A stretch of 64,000 nt of DNA. It comes from an uncultured Verrucomicrobiae bacterium. Lineage in GTDB: Bacteria > Verrucomicrobiota > Verrucomicrobiia > Chthoniobacterales > UBA10450. A program made the translations under genes and the position numbers. The stretch covers positions 576,001 to 640,000 of the forward strand of contig CAWDGJ010000002.1 of assembly GCA_963801815.1 (NCBI GenBank), given 5' to 3'. The first letter of the stretch is position 1, and every line of letters begins with the position of its first letter. Below, piece after piece: positions 38,904 to 47,347 of this stretch. The notes beneath the pieces were generated by a model. The model did no database searches. It worked only from the letters and a program-made list of their open reading frames with translations, and was not told the DNA's origin.

Positions 38904-39727
38904 CAACTACACTCAGTCCTATTCTCTCTCAACAAACGTCCACTTCCAAAATCGTAACTCTGGACAACATCGAGTTGAGTTTTGGCGATAAAAAAGTGCT
39001 GGATCGCGTGTCACTGGATATCGCTCCACAGGAACGACTGGTGATTATTGGTCAAAGCGGCGCGGGCAAAACGACGATCCTCCGCCTCATTCTCGGAATT
39101 CTGAAACCGGACGCGGGCTCGGTGTTTTTTAAACAAAATGAGATCTCGCGAATGAACGATCATGAATTGGAAAGCGTTCGGAGACGGATCGGAATGGTCT
39201 ACCAGGATGCTGCGTTGCTCAGCTCGATGACGGTGCGGGAGAACTTAGCGCTCCCGTTGGAAGAACTAACCGACAAAACCCCGGGCGAGATCAACCGGAT
39301 TGTCGATGAGAAACTGGAAATGGTTGAATTGGCGGGAGAGGATAAACTGATGCCGTTCGAATTGAGTGGTGGGATGCGCAAACGTGTCGGCCTGGCCCGG
39401 GCGCTGGTGATGGAGCCGGAACTCATTTTGTTCGACGAGCCAACGCAGGGACTTGATCCCGTGATCGGTGCGTTGATTGACGAACTGATCATTGACCTCA
39501 CAGAGCGAACAAAGACCACGTCGATCATCGTGACGCATTTGATGGACAGCGCATTTCACATCGCCACGCGACTGGCTATGTTGCATCGCGGCAGAATCAT
39601 CGAGCAGGGAGCACCGGAGGAGTTCAAACGCTCGACAAATCCGGCTGTGGCCCAGTTTTTGAAAGGAACAACCAGAGGTCCAATCCTCGAGCGAAGCAAA
39701 TATCACATGTTGTCTCCGGCCGACTGA
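38900..39727 (+). CDS. MlaF/Mkl-type ABC ATP-binding protein
   Basis: GQSGAGKT, ELSGGMRKRVGLARAL, FDEPTQGLDP. Confidence 0.88.
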   Translation: MTTTLSPILSQQTSTSKIVTLDNIELSFGDKKVLDRVSLDIAPQERLVIIGQSGAGKTTILRLILGILKPDAGSVFFKQNEISRMNDHELESVRRRIGMVYQDAALLSSMTVRENLALPLEELTDKTPGEINRIVDEKLEMVELAGEDKLMPFELSGGMRKRVGLARALVMEPELILFDEPTQGLDPVIGALIDELIIDLTERTKTTSIIVTHLMDSAFHIATRLAMLHRGRIIEQGAPEEFKRSTNPAVAQFLKGTTRGPILERSKYHMLSPAD

Positions 39728-39795
39728 CGCTGACGCGACGAAATCGGTATAGAAGAGCGCAACCAAAGAAGGCTAAAAGGGGTTTTATTGATAAG

Positions 39796-40662
39796 ATGGT
39801 GTTTATGAAACAGTTGTTGGTGATTACCTCAGCCGCGATTTGGCTCGTCGCTAACCACGGCGCGTTGGCCCACGGGAATAACAATAGCAATGCTTCGGAT
39901 CCGGTTGCGCCGGCGACGCATGGCGGTTCTGCACCGGCGCCCGCGCCGCCGGCACCGACAACTGCGGGCGCACCGCATCTCAGCGGACTTGCCCACCCCA
40001 ACAACGGCGCGCCGTATTCCTACGGGTCAATGCCATATCGGCCGGTTGTCACCTATCAGAACGGCAACCGGACGTTGAATTACCCCGCAGTGGGCAACTC
40101 CCTGGCGCATCACTCAACTCAATCAATTACGCACAGCACGGCCGTTCACAGTACCCACTCCTTGCAACACGTTGGTGGTTCGCAGAACAATTTCGCGGGA
40201 AATACCGCAACGAAAACGCGACAGCTCGATCCACAAACGGCGATACGTTTACACAATTGGAAAGGCAACGTTTCCAGCGCGGCGCAGGCGCACCAGAACA
40301 ACGCGAATAATTCCCATCATCATCACGACCATGATTGGTGGCGTCATCATTGTGTTGCCTTCATTTTTTGGGACTGGGGCTGGTGGGGTTGGGATGACGG
40401 CTGGTGGTATCCGGCCTGGGGCTACGACCCGTACTCTAGTTATGAGTACAACGCGCCGATTTATGGTGATGTAACGCCGGAACAAATCGTCGCCGCCATT
40501 CAGGCTCAACTGCAACAGCTCGGTTATTACACCTACGCGATCGATGGCCAAATGGGTCCGCTAACTCGTGCGGCGCTAAATCGCTATCAAAGTGATCACC
40601 GATTGCCGATCACCTCCGTCCTTGACCCAGCAACACTGGGATCACTCGGCATTCTTCAGTGA
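39796..40662 (+). CDS. Secreted protein with a His/Trp-rich low-complexity region and a C-terminal peptidoglycan-binding domain
   Basis: Signal peptide; HHHHDHDWWRHH and WDWGWWGWDDGWWYP; IQAQLQQLGYY...IDGQMGPLTRAALNRYQ. Confidence 0.82.
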   Translation: MVFMKQLLVITSAAIWLVANHGALAHGNNNSNASDPVAPATHGGSAPAPAPPAPTTAGAPHLSGLAHPNNGAPYSYGSMPYRPVVTYQNGNRTLNYPAVGNSLAHHSTQSITHSTAVHSTHSLQHVGGSQNNFAGNTATKTRQLDPQTAIRLHNWKGNVSSAAQAHQNNANNSHHHHDHDWWRHHCVAFIFWDWGWWGWDDGWWYPAWGYDPYSSYEYNAPIYGDVTPEQIVAAIQAQLQQLGYYTYAIDGQMGPLTRAALNRYQSDHRLPITSVLDPATLGSLGILQ

Positions 40663-40684
40663 TTGATCGTTGTGCGTCACCTTT

Positions 40685-41662
40685 TCAGTCCAGTGGACTC
40701 TTAACTCCAAGGCCCGGACGATTCAGCACGTGCGTGTAAATCATCGTCGTGCTTACATCTTTGTGGCCTAATAACTCCTGCACGGTGCGAATGTCGTATC
40801 CGCGCTCGAGCAGATGGGTGGCAAACGAATGGCGCAAGGTGTGGCAGGTTGCGGGTTTGTTGATGTCTCCTTGACTGACTGCATCCTTTACCGCGCGTTG
40901 GAGAATGCTTTCTGCAATGTGATGGCGCTGTTTTTTCCCCGAGCGCGGATCGATCGAGAGACGCGAGGAAGCGAAGATGTATTGCCACATCCATTGTGGG
41001 CCGGCGTTTGGATATTTGCGTGCCAGGGCATGAGGAAGGAACACGTCGCCAAAACCATCGGCCAGGTCCTGCTCGTGTTGCGAGCGGCGTTTAAGTAAGT
41101 GTCTCTGCAATGCCTGTGCAAGATTTGTCGGGAGCATCGTAACCCGGTCTTTGCCGCCCTTAGTGTCGCGCACTGTAATTCTCAGGTAAGCAAGATCGAT
41201 ATCTTTGACTCTCAGTCTGACACACTCCATTAATCGGAGCCCACTTCCGTAAAGTAATCCCGCCATCAGCTTTGGCGTTCCGTGCAGGTAAGAGAAGATT
41301 TTGCGAACTTCGGCGCGTGTAAGCACCACCGGTAACCGCGCAGGCTTTTTTGCCCGTTCAACGCGATCGAGCCATCCGATTTCCTGCTGCAGAACTTCGC
41401 GATAAAGAAAGAGCAAGGCGCTCAGCGCCTGATTCTGGGTGGCTGCGGCCACGTTGGCCTTCACTGCCAAGTGGGTAAGGAACTCGGTTATCTCTGCTTC
41501 AGCCATTTCGGCTGGATGCCGTTTGCGATGAAACAGGATGTATCGTTTGATCCAATCGCAATACGCGTGTTCGGTTCGAATGCTGTAATGCTTACGCCGG
41601 ATCACGTCACGAACGCGGTCGAGCAATTTTACCTTGTTGGGAATTGACGGCGAGCCTAGCAT
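40685..41662 (-). CDS. intI: Integron integrase (tyrosine recombinase)
   Basis: HYSIRTE, LYGSGLR, KGGKDR, integron-specific insert ALARKYPNA...[36 protein letters not shown] 41662 chosen as start. Confidence 0.96.
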   Translation of the reverse strand: MLGSPSIPNKVKLLDRVRDVIRRKHYSIRTEHAYCDWIKRYILFHRKRHPAEMAEAEITEFLTHLAVKANVAAATQNQALSALLFLYREVLQQEIGWLDRVERAKKPARLPVVLTRAEVRKIFSYLHGTPKLMAGLLYGSGLRLMECVRLRVKDIDLAYLRITVRDTKGGKDRVTMLPTNLAQALQRHLLKRRSQHEQDLADGFGDVFLPHALARKYPNAGPQWMWQYIFASSRLSIDPRSGKKQRHHIAESILQRAVKDAVSQGDINKPATCHTLRHSFATHLLERGYDIRTVQELLGHKDVSTTMIYTHVLNRPGLGVKSPLD

Positions 41663-41715
41663 TTCTGGGAGGGAGCCCCCATGATGAGACCCAGAACAAA
41701 GAATATCAACCGGAT

Positions 41716-41772
41716 TAGACGCCAAAATGGCGCCTTTAAATACGCCATTTTGGCGTCTACTTCTCGTTAGAT
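41716..41772 (+). other. Putative attI site with a perfect 17-bp inverted repeat
   Basis: TAGACGCCAAAATGGCG (41716-41732), 10-nt spacer, CGCCATTTTGGCGTCTA (41743-41759), then GTTAGAT core at 41766-41772, between intI and the first cassette. Confidence 0.72.
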
Positions 41773-42237
41773 GACGTAGTGCGCGATCAGCTGTTGCGAT
41801 CTTAGCCCTCGTGTTGCCAGTCGTCTGCTGCGCGTCAGAGGAAGTTGAGCTCACTGGCCATGAAGCTGAGGCGATCTCTCTCGCCACGAAAGTTCTCGAA
41901 AAGTAAGCAAGGTTCCAGAGACCAGGAAGGTCATCCGGTTTACGGCGATTGAAGCACTACGCATGTGGACGTCGCGCGTCACGGCCGAAAGTTACGAAGT
42001 CATCTTCGTCCCGACGTGGTCGCCGGCAGAGCGGCCGCATCCTGGTGGCAGCACAGATTATGGCTGCTGGAAGTCCACTACATCATCGCTCTCGATCAGA
42101 TGAAGATTCTCGAAGTAACACTATGCGAGATAGCTCGACCCAAGTCATCTAACCAGCCGATGAAGCCAACGGCCCCGTTGCGAGAGAACTCGCGGCGTGC
42201 TTGCCACGACACCCTGCGTTGGCTTATCTCTGTCTCG
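41767..42237 (+). pseudogene. Integron cassette 1: small secreted protein, reading frame broken several times
   Basis: Fragments in successive frames: [39 protein letters not shown] / [15 protein letters not shown] / VDVARHGRK / EVIFVP / HPGGSTDYG / EVHYIIALDQMKILEV. Confidence 0.55.
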
Positions 42238-42243
42238 TTAGAT
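42147..42243 (+). mobile_element. attC site 1 (97 bp)
   Basis: R'' ATCTAAC; L'' GATGAAGCCAACG pairs with L' CGTTGGCTTATC leaving an extra G; R' GTTAGAT. Confidence 0.9.
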
Positions 42244-42259
42244 GTGAATCGTGGCGCAC

Positions 42260-42845
42260 ATGGGCCCATTTGACTACGCCGTTGGCCTGATATCGATCCT
42301 CGTCGGTCTCGCTCTCGCGGACGTAGGCGGGAGCCTGCACAAGTTGCTGCGACAGGGACGGGCGGTGAGATGGGACGGGCGCGTTATCCTTTCTGTCACT
42401 CTGGTGATTTCTGTGATCACCGGAATGTGGTTCTCCGTTTGGGATCTTCGCACCGTCAACGCTGTCTTATGGTACCCGTTCTATCTCACGCTCTTTCTGG
42501 AGTTCATGGTGCTATTCCTCGTTTGCGCGGCGTGTCTCCCCGACGACGCTGTAGAGGATCGCGATCTCGGAGCCTTCTACGAAAAGAATAGAAGGTACCT
42601 GTGGTCGCTGTTCGCGTTGTTCGAGACTTCTGTCATTCTTCACTCGCTGTATTTTCGAAGCCATGTCGCCCACCCATCCACGGTGCGGACACAGCTCTCT
42701 GCTTGCCGCAGCAACAATTTGCGCGCCGCTCTTCGTTTACCTGCTGCTTGCCTTCGTCCGCTCTCGGCCGTTCCATTACGCGGCTCTGGTGACGTTGATA
42801 GTATATTATCTTTACGGCTATTGGAGCGCTACACTGCCGACATGA
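42260..42845 (+). CDS. Integron cassette 2: multi-pass membrane protein; one frameshift near 42701
   Basis: FDYAVGLISILVGLAL...LPD...DL..FY..NRR; continues as LAAATICAPLFVYLLLAF after removing one base (194 aa). Confidence 0.75.
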
Positions 42846-42889
42846 CCGCTTGTCTGCTAAACACACGTTTGTTCCGCTGCGCAAGCAAC

Positions 42890-43013
42890 ATCTAACCAAC
42901 GCGATGCAGCTAACCACCGGCCGGTCCGAGTTCCCGCTCAACGCGACTTCCACATTCAACCTGCAGCCACGCTCGCTCTCGCCAGCGGTAGCTGATCTTG
43001 TGTCTCGTTAGAT
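42890..43013 (+). mobile_element. attC site 2 (124 bp)
   Basis: ATCTAAC...GATGCAGCTAACC / GGTAGCTGATC...GTTAGAT. Confidence 0.9.
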
Positions 43014-43016
43014 GTA

Positions 43017-43262
43017 ATGCTCATTACGAAAGCGGCGGCGGGTTGGCTGCGGATCATCGGCGTCATTCTCATCTTCGTGGCTGTTCGCATTGCATTTCCC
43101 GCTTTGACTCTATCCAGCAAAAAACTGACTGCGGACTCTGGCGACACAACTCACGCGTGGATGAGTCCAGGGCAGACGCTCGCAGTAGCGGGATTTTGTC
43201 TCGTTGTCGCCATGACTTGCATTATCATCGGTTCCCTCTCCGATAATGAGTCCGATATTTGA
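43017..43262 (+). CDS. Integron cassette 3: small two-helix membrane protein
   Basis: ATG 3 nt after GTTAGAT; two hydrophobic segments; stop just before attC3. Confidence 0.7.
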   Translation: MLITKAAAGWLRIIGVILIFVAVRIAFPALTLSSKKLTADSGDTTHAWMSPGQTLAVAGFCLVVAMTCIIIGSLSDNESDI

Positions 43263-43272
43263 CCCGAAACAC

Positions 43273-43397
43273 ATCTAACCAATCGATGAAGCCAACGACG
43301 AGCCGCTCTGCGGCAAGGATGAATTAAAAATTATGAAGTATGAAATAAAAGCAAAGCTCGCTTTCACTCGCGGCAGCCCAGTTTGTTCTCGTTAGGC
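43273..43397 (+). mobile_element. attC site 3 (125 bp, poorly paired L box)
   Basis: ATCTAAC...GATGAAGCCAACG; AT-rich centre; right arm GGCAGCCCAGTTTGTTCTC then GTTAGGC. Confidence 0.75.
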
Positions 43398-43429
43398 GAT
43401 GAGATCGCCGGCTTGTTAATCGGTCGGGT

Positions 43430-43927
43430 GTGAGTGCTGAATCAACTCCCAAACGAAGCAAAACTAGCGCAGGTCTGCTGATGTTCCGGCGGAAAAACAA
43501 TTCGCTCGAATTTCTTCTCGCGCATCCGGGCGGACCGCTTTGGAAAAATAAAGATGACGGCATCTGGACGATTCCAAAAGGTGAACTCAACACGGAGGAC
43601 GAAAACTTATTGAGTCGCGCGCAGATTGAATTTGAAGAGGAGATTGGAATCAAACCCCCTTCAGCCAATTGGATTCCGCTTGGCTCAATCAAACAGAAAG
43701 GCGGCAAGACCGTTCACGCCTGGGCATTCGAAGGGGATTTGCCTGAGCGATTCGAGGTGAGGTCGAACACGTTTCAGCTCGAGTGGCCGCCGCGTTCCGG
43801 AAAATTTCAGGAATTTCCCGAAATCGACCGCGCTGAGTTTTTCCCGGAAGAAATCGCGCGCCGGAAAATCAAGCCGGCACAGGTGCCGTTTTTTGATCGC
43901 CTGCGGGACGCGCTAGCGTCAAAATAA
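43430..43927 (+). CDS. NUDIX-domain protein (AHPGGP subfamily)
   Basis: SAGLLMFR, LAHPGGP, WTIPKGE, EFEEEIG, EWPPRSG, FPEIDR. Confidence 0.9.
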   Translation: MSAESTPKRSKTSAGLLMFRRKNNSLEFLLAHPGGPLWKNKDDGIWTIPKGELNTEDENLLSRAQIEFEEEIGIKPPSANWIPLGSIKQKGGKTVHAWAFEGDLPERFEVRSNTFQLEWPPRSGKFQEFPEIDRAEFFPEEIARRKIKPAQVPFFDRLRDALASK

Positions 43928-43928
43928 T

Positions 43929-46455
43929 CTAGTGCTGTTCGGGTGTTTCCGGCGCAAGCACGCAACGAAAACCGTAGATGACATCCCGTTCGTTGCGATC
44001 AACCACGTTGCGATAAGACGATTGCATCTCCAGCTTGTTCATCGTCGCCCATGAACCGCCGCGCAGGACTCCCCAATCGCGGCCCGTCGCACTGGTTCCA
44101 CCTTTGTAAGTATCGGCCACCCATTCCCAAACGTTGCCGCCAAGATCATACAGACCGAATGAGTTAGATTTAAAACTTCCGACCGCCGCGGTCGCGCCGT
44201 GTTTCTGCGAAATTCCGTAGTTCCCCGCGCCGTTCGGCGGCGGCCACTGTTTGCCCCACGGGAACTCATTTTTGATTTTGCCGTCGCGCGCCTGTGGTGT
44301 TCCGCCGGGTTCATTTTGCAATCCGACCGCCGAGCTCCACTCGCGATCAGTCGGCAATCGGTATGATTGTCGATCTTCGATCAGATTTTCGTCGTGCTCT
44401 TTATCGGTGAGCCATTTGCAAAACGCCACCGCGTCGAACCAGTTCACTTTCACGATCGGATGGGTCGGCGCCTGTTGAAAATCGGTCGGTTCGTATCGTC
44501 GACCGGTCGCCTGCAGAAAGGTCGCGTAGTCCTGGACACGCGTCTCCCAAATCGAGAACGCGAATCTCGCCGACGGGACAAATTTCATGCCAAGCGAATT
44601 CGTGAACGGCTGGCCCGGCGCAGGTCCGATGCTTTTTTCCAAACGGGCGGCCAGAAATGTCTGCTGTTGCGGATCGACTTTGCCGGTGACCGTGGTCGGA
44701 TTGTAGCCCGTCAAACGCAGTTCGTAAGTCACCTCGCCTGGCTTCACTTCTTCGATCACGAGGGGCGTTTGACCAAGCTCCCTGCCATTAGCCCGCACGA
44801 GCGCGCCGCCGGGCGCGCTGGTAATTTTCACGCTGCCATTTGCGAACACAAAATTCACGGAGTTCGCCTGTTGGGAGGCGAGGTTGATCTTCTGTTCCTC
44901 GTTGGGCCAGCCCGCGAGACGCGCGGTGATCAGATGTTCAGTCGCCGGCAATTCAAGTTGAAGCGGGGTCCGGCCACGCTGTGCCCCGTCCAAATTAATT
45001 TCGACGCCACTCGGCTCGCTTGTGATTTTGATTGGCGCCGTGACAAACGCGAACGACTTTCGAGCGGTTTCGCCGCGCTGCACTTCGATTTGATCGCGCA
45101 TTTCCCAACTGCCCCGATGCGCCACGACCGAATACTTTCCTGTCGGTAAATCGGCGATCGATTGTGGCGTCACGCCTTCTCGCGAAATCTGGCCATCCTC
45201 ACTTTTCAACGAGAATTGCGCTCCCGCCGGATCAGATTGGAGCTCGGAGCGGTGCCTTTACGTCCGCACGAGACGAAATTCCGGAGGCTGTGGCGAACGC
45301 AGCGCACCCAAATCAACCGTGGTTTCAATCGGATCGTAACCCGGACTCATTATCCGCAGCCGGTATTTGCGCTGGTCCAAGTCTTCGAACGTCGCCGGAC
45401 TTTTCTCTGCATGATCGCCCAAAATCACCAGCGCACCCGGCGGATCGGTTCGGATCGTCGTCTTCAAGTGCATCTCGGGGCCCGATGCGCCGCGCCAGAA
45501 GTAAAACCAGTAACCGAGCTGCGGCGATAGCGAGGATCGACATCGCTGCCATCGCAATCTTCCAGAACGATCTCGCGCGCGGGCGGCCTTCGCCGTTTTC
45601 GAGCGCCGTCAAATCGCGGTTCATTTCCCCCGCTGTTCGATAACGTTTCTTCGGATCGTGCGCGCACGCCTTGACCAAGACGTCGTTGAGTTGCATTAGC
45701 TGCTCACGGTCTGGGCGCGCACTTAACTGCGAATCGATTTCCGGAAAATCGAGTCGATCTTTTCCGGTGCTGACTTCGTAAAGAAGTTTGCCGAGACTGA
45801 AAATGTCGGCCTGCGCCGTCCCCGGCCCTTCCGGAGGCACGTAACCTTCCGTTCCGACAAACGATTGCTGACCGCTCGCCGCGACCAATCCGATGTCGGC
45901 AAGTTTCGGCACGCCATCGATGAAAATAATGTTCGACGGCTTGATGTCGCGATGCGCCAGACCGTGGACGTGCAGCGCTTCGAGGGCTTCGGTCAACGAA
46001 AGCCCGAGTTGGATCGATTCATCCGCAGACAGGCGTTTGTGCCGCGCAAGATCGCTTTTCAAAGTGCGCGGCTCGTAATTGACGACGTCGATCTTTCGGC
46101 CGGCCAAATGATCGTCCGCCAGCTCCATGCTGTAGTAGAGATGCTCGCTGGTGCGACCGACGTGAAGAATATCGACGAAACCGGCGTGCTCCCGCGAGAT
46201 CGGCTCGAAGGCGGACATACCTTCAAACTCGCGAAGGAACGCGCGCTCGCTTTCAAACGTGCTCCGGTAAACAATTTTGACCGCGCGCAGACCGCCCGTC
46301 ACCGTTCGCGCCATCCAAATTTCGCCATAAGCGCCGCGACCGATCACGCGCAAGAGTTCGTGATCGGGAACAATTGGAATCTGAGCGGAAACCTGGTCCG
46401 GAATGATGCCGATTTTACACGGCGGCAGCACCAGAGGCAATTCTGGGGAGCGCAC
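43929..46455 (-). CDS. Membrane Ser/Thr kinase with PEGA repeats and a C-terminal FGE-sulfatase domain; frameshifts near 45520 and 45240-45260
   Basis: IGRGAYG, AVK, HRDIKPSN, LADIGL, GTEGYVPPE; TM helix; PEGA-like TDPPGA, SEPSG, SAPGGA; RLPTDREW, GNVWEW, RGGSW, GFRCVL. Start uncertain. Confidence 0.85.
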
Positions 46456-46478
46456 GCGAGGCGCGTGCGCTCCCCAGA
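46442..46478. repeat. Perfect 17-bp-arm palindrome (REP-like, GGGGAGCGCAC family)
   Basis: TCTGGGGAGCGCACGCG-AGG-CGCGTGCGCTCCCCAGA; the same termini occur at 53241-53364. Confidence 0.85.
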
Positions 46479-46492
46479 CGAAACGGCCGAAC

Positions 46493-47110
46493 TCACCGGC
46501 CCATTTTTTCCAGTGCGCGGATTTCCTTTTTCAGGACGGCGCCGACGCGATGGCGCGCGAGATAAACCTGACCAACGCTGACCCGAAGTTGCTCTGCGAC
46601 CTTCTGAGCGGGCCATTCCTTCCGCACGTAGCAATCGAAAATCTGAAATTGTTTCGGGTCGACTTTCTTTTTCACGCGCGCGATCGCGCCTTCGAACAAG
46701 TTCTCCTTCCACTCCGCGTCCCAGACCGCATCGAGATCAGCCACCCGCGAATCGGCAACGCGCTCGACGGTGGCAGTGAGGCGATCTTCCGCCGCGCGCG
46801 GCTTCTTGGCGTCTCCCGGTTGCCGTTTCCGGAATTGATCAACGATTCGCCACCGCGTGATTTGCAAGAGCCAGCCTTTGAACGAGCCGACGGCCGGATC
46901 GTATTTCAACTTCTCGATGTTCTTCGCCACTGTGATGATCGTTTCCTGGACGACTTCCTGGGCCTCGGCGTCGGTCAGGCCGGATTTGCGGGCGGCCGAG
47001 TAAATCAGTTTCCAGTAACCGTCGAAGAACTCCTGCCAATGTTTCCGGTCGTTCCAGTCGGCTAATCGTTCGATCAGGCTCCGACGCGTTGCCACTAATC
47101 CGGTTTTCAT
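46493..47110 (-). CDS. ECF sigma-70 factor, upstream of the Ser/Thr kinase
   Basis: TRRSLIERL, W.EFF..Y, AQEVVQE, GSFKGWL..ITR..IVD..RK, region 4 VAEQL.VS...VY.ARHRV. Confidence 0.92.
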   Translation of the reverse strand: MKTGLVATRRSLIERLADWNDRKHWQEFFDGYWKLIYSAARKSGLTDAEAQEVVQETIITVAKNIEKLKYDPAVGSFKGWLLQITRWRIVDQFRKRQPGDAKKPRAAEDRLTATVERVADSRVADLDAVWDAEWKENLFEGAIARVKKKVDPKQFQIFDCYVRKEWPAQKVAEQLRVSVGQVYLARHRVGAVLKKEIRALEKMGR

Positions 47111-47144
47111 GCTTTCCAATGCGTCATCGGAGTCGGTTTGAAAT

Positions 47145-47283
47145 TAGCCCAGCCTTTCAAGGCTGGGACAGCATATCTATTCTCGTTACAGTCCTGCAAG
47201 GACGACAGAATGATCTCTTTCGTCCCGCCTGGACTCGTCTGCAAAAAACGCGCTTTAGCCCAGCGCTGAAGCGCTGGGCTATT
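47145..47283. repeat. Palindromic REP/MITE-like element (TAGCCCAGC family), copy 1
   Basis: Termini TAGCCCAGC...GCTGGGCTA with CCCAGC-N-GCTGGG hairpins; internal AGTCCTG..AAGGACGACAGAAT shared with copy 2. Confidence 0.8.
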
Positions 47284-47347
47284 CTCATTTTTAGAAGCAC
47301 ACATCTTTTGCTTTGAAAGATTTCTCGAAAACACCCGTAATTCCCTC

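Noticed and set aside
41685..41698. Possible LexA box upstream of intI (TGAGA-CCCA-GAACA)
   Set aside because: Only one half matches the TGTTC-N4-GAACA motif reported for Verrucomicrobia; too weak without a matrix scan.
43430..43927. NUDIX gene as a fourth integron cassette
   Set aside because: No attC follows it; its stop abuts the convergent kinase gene.
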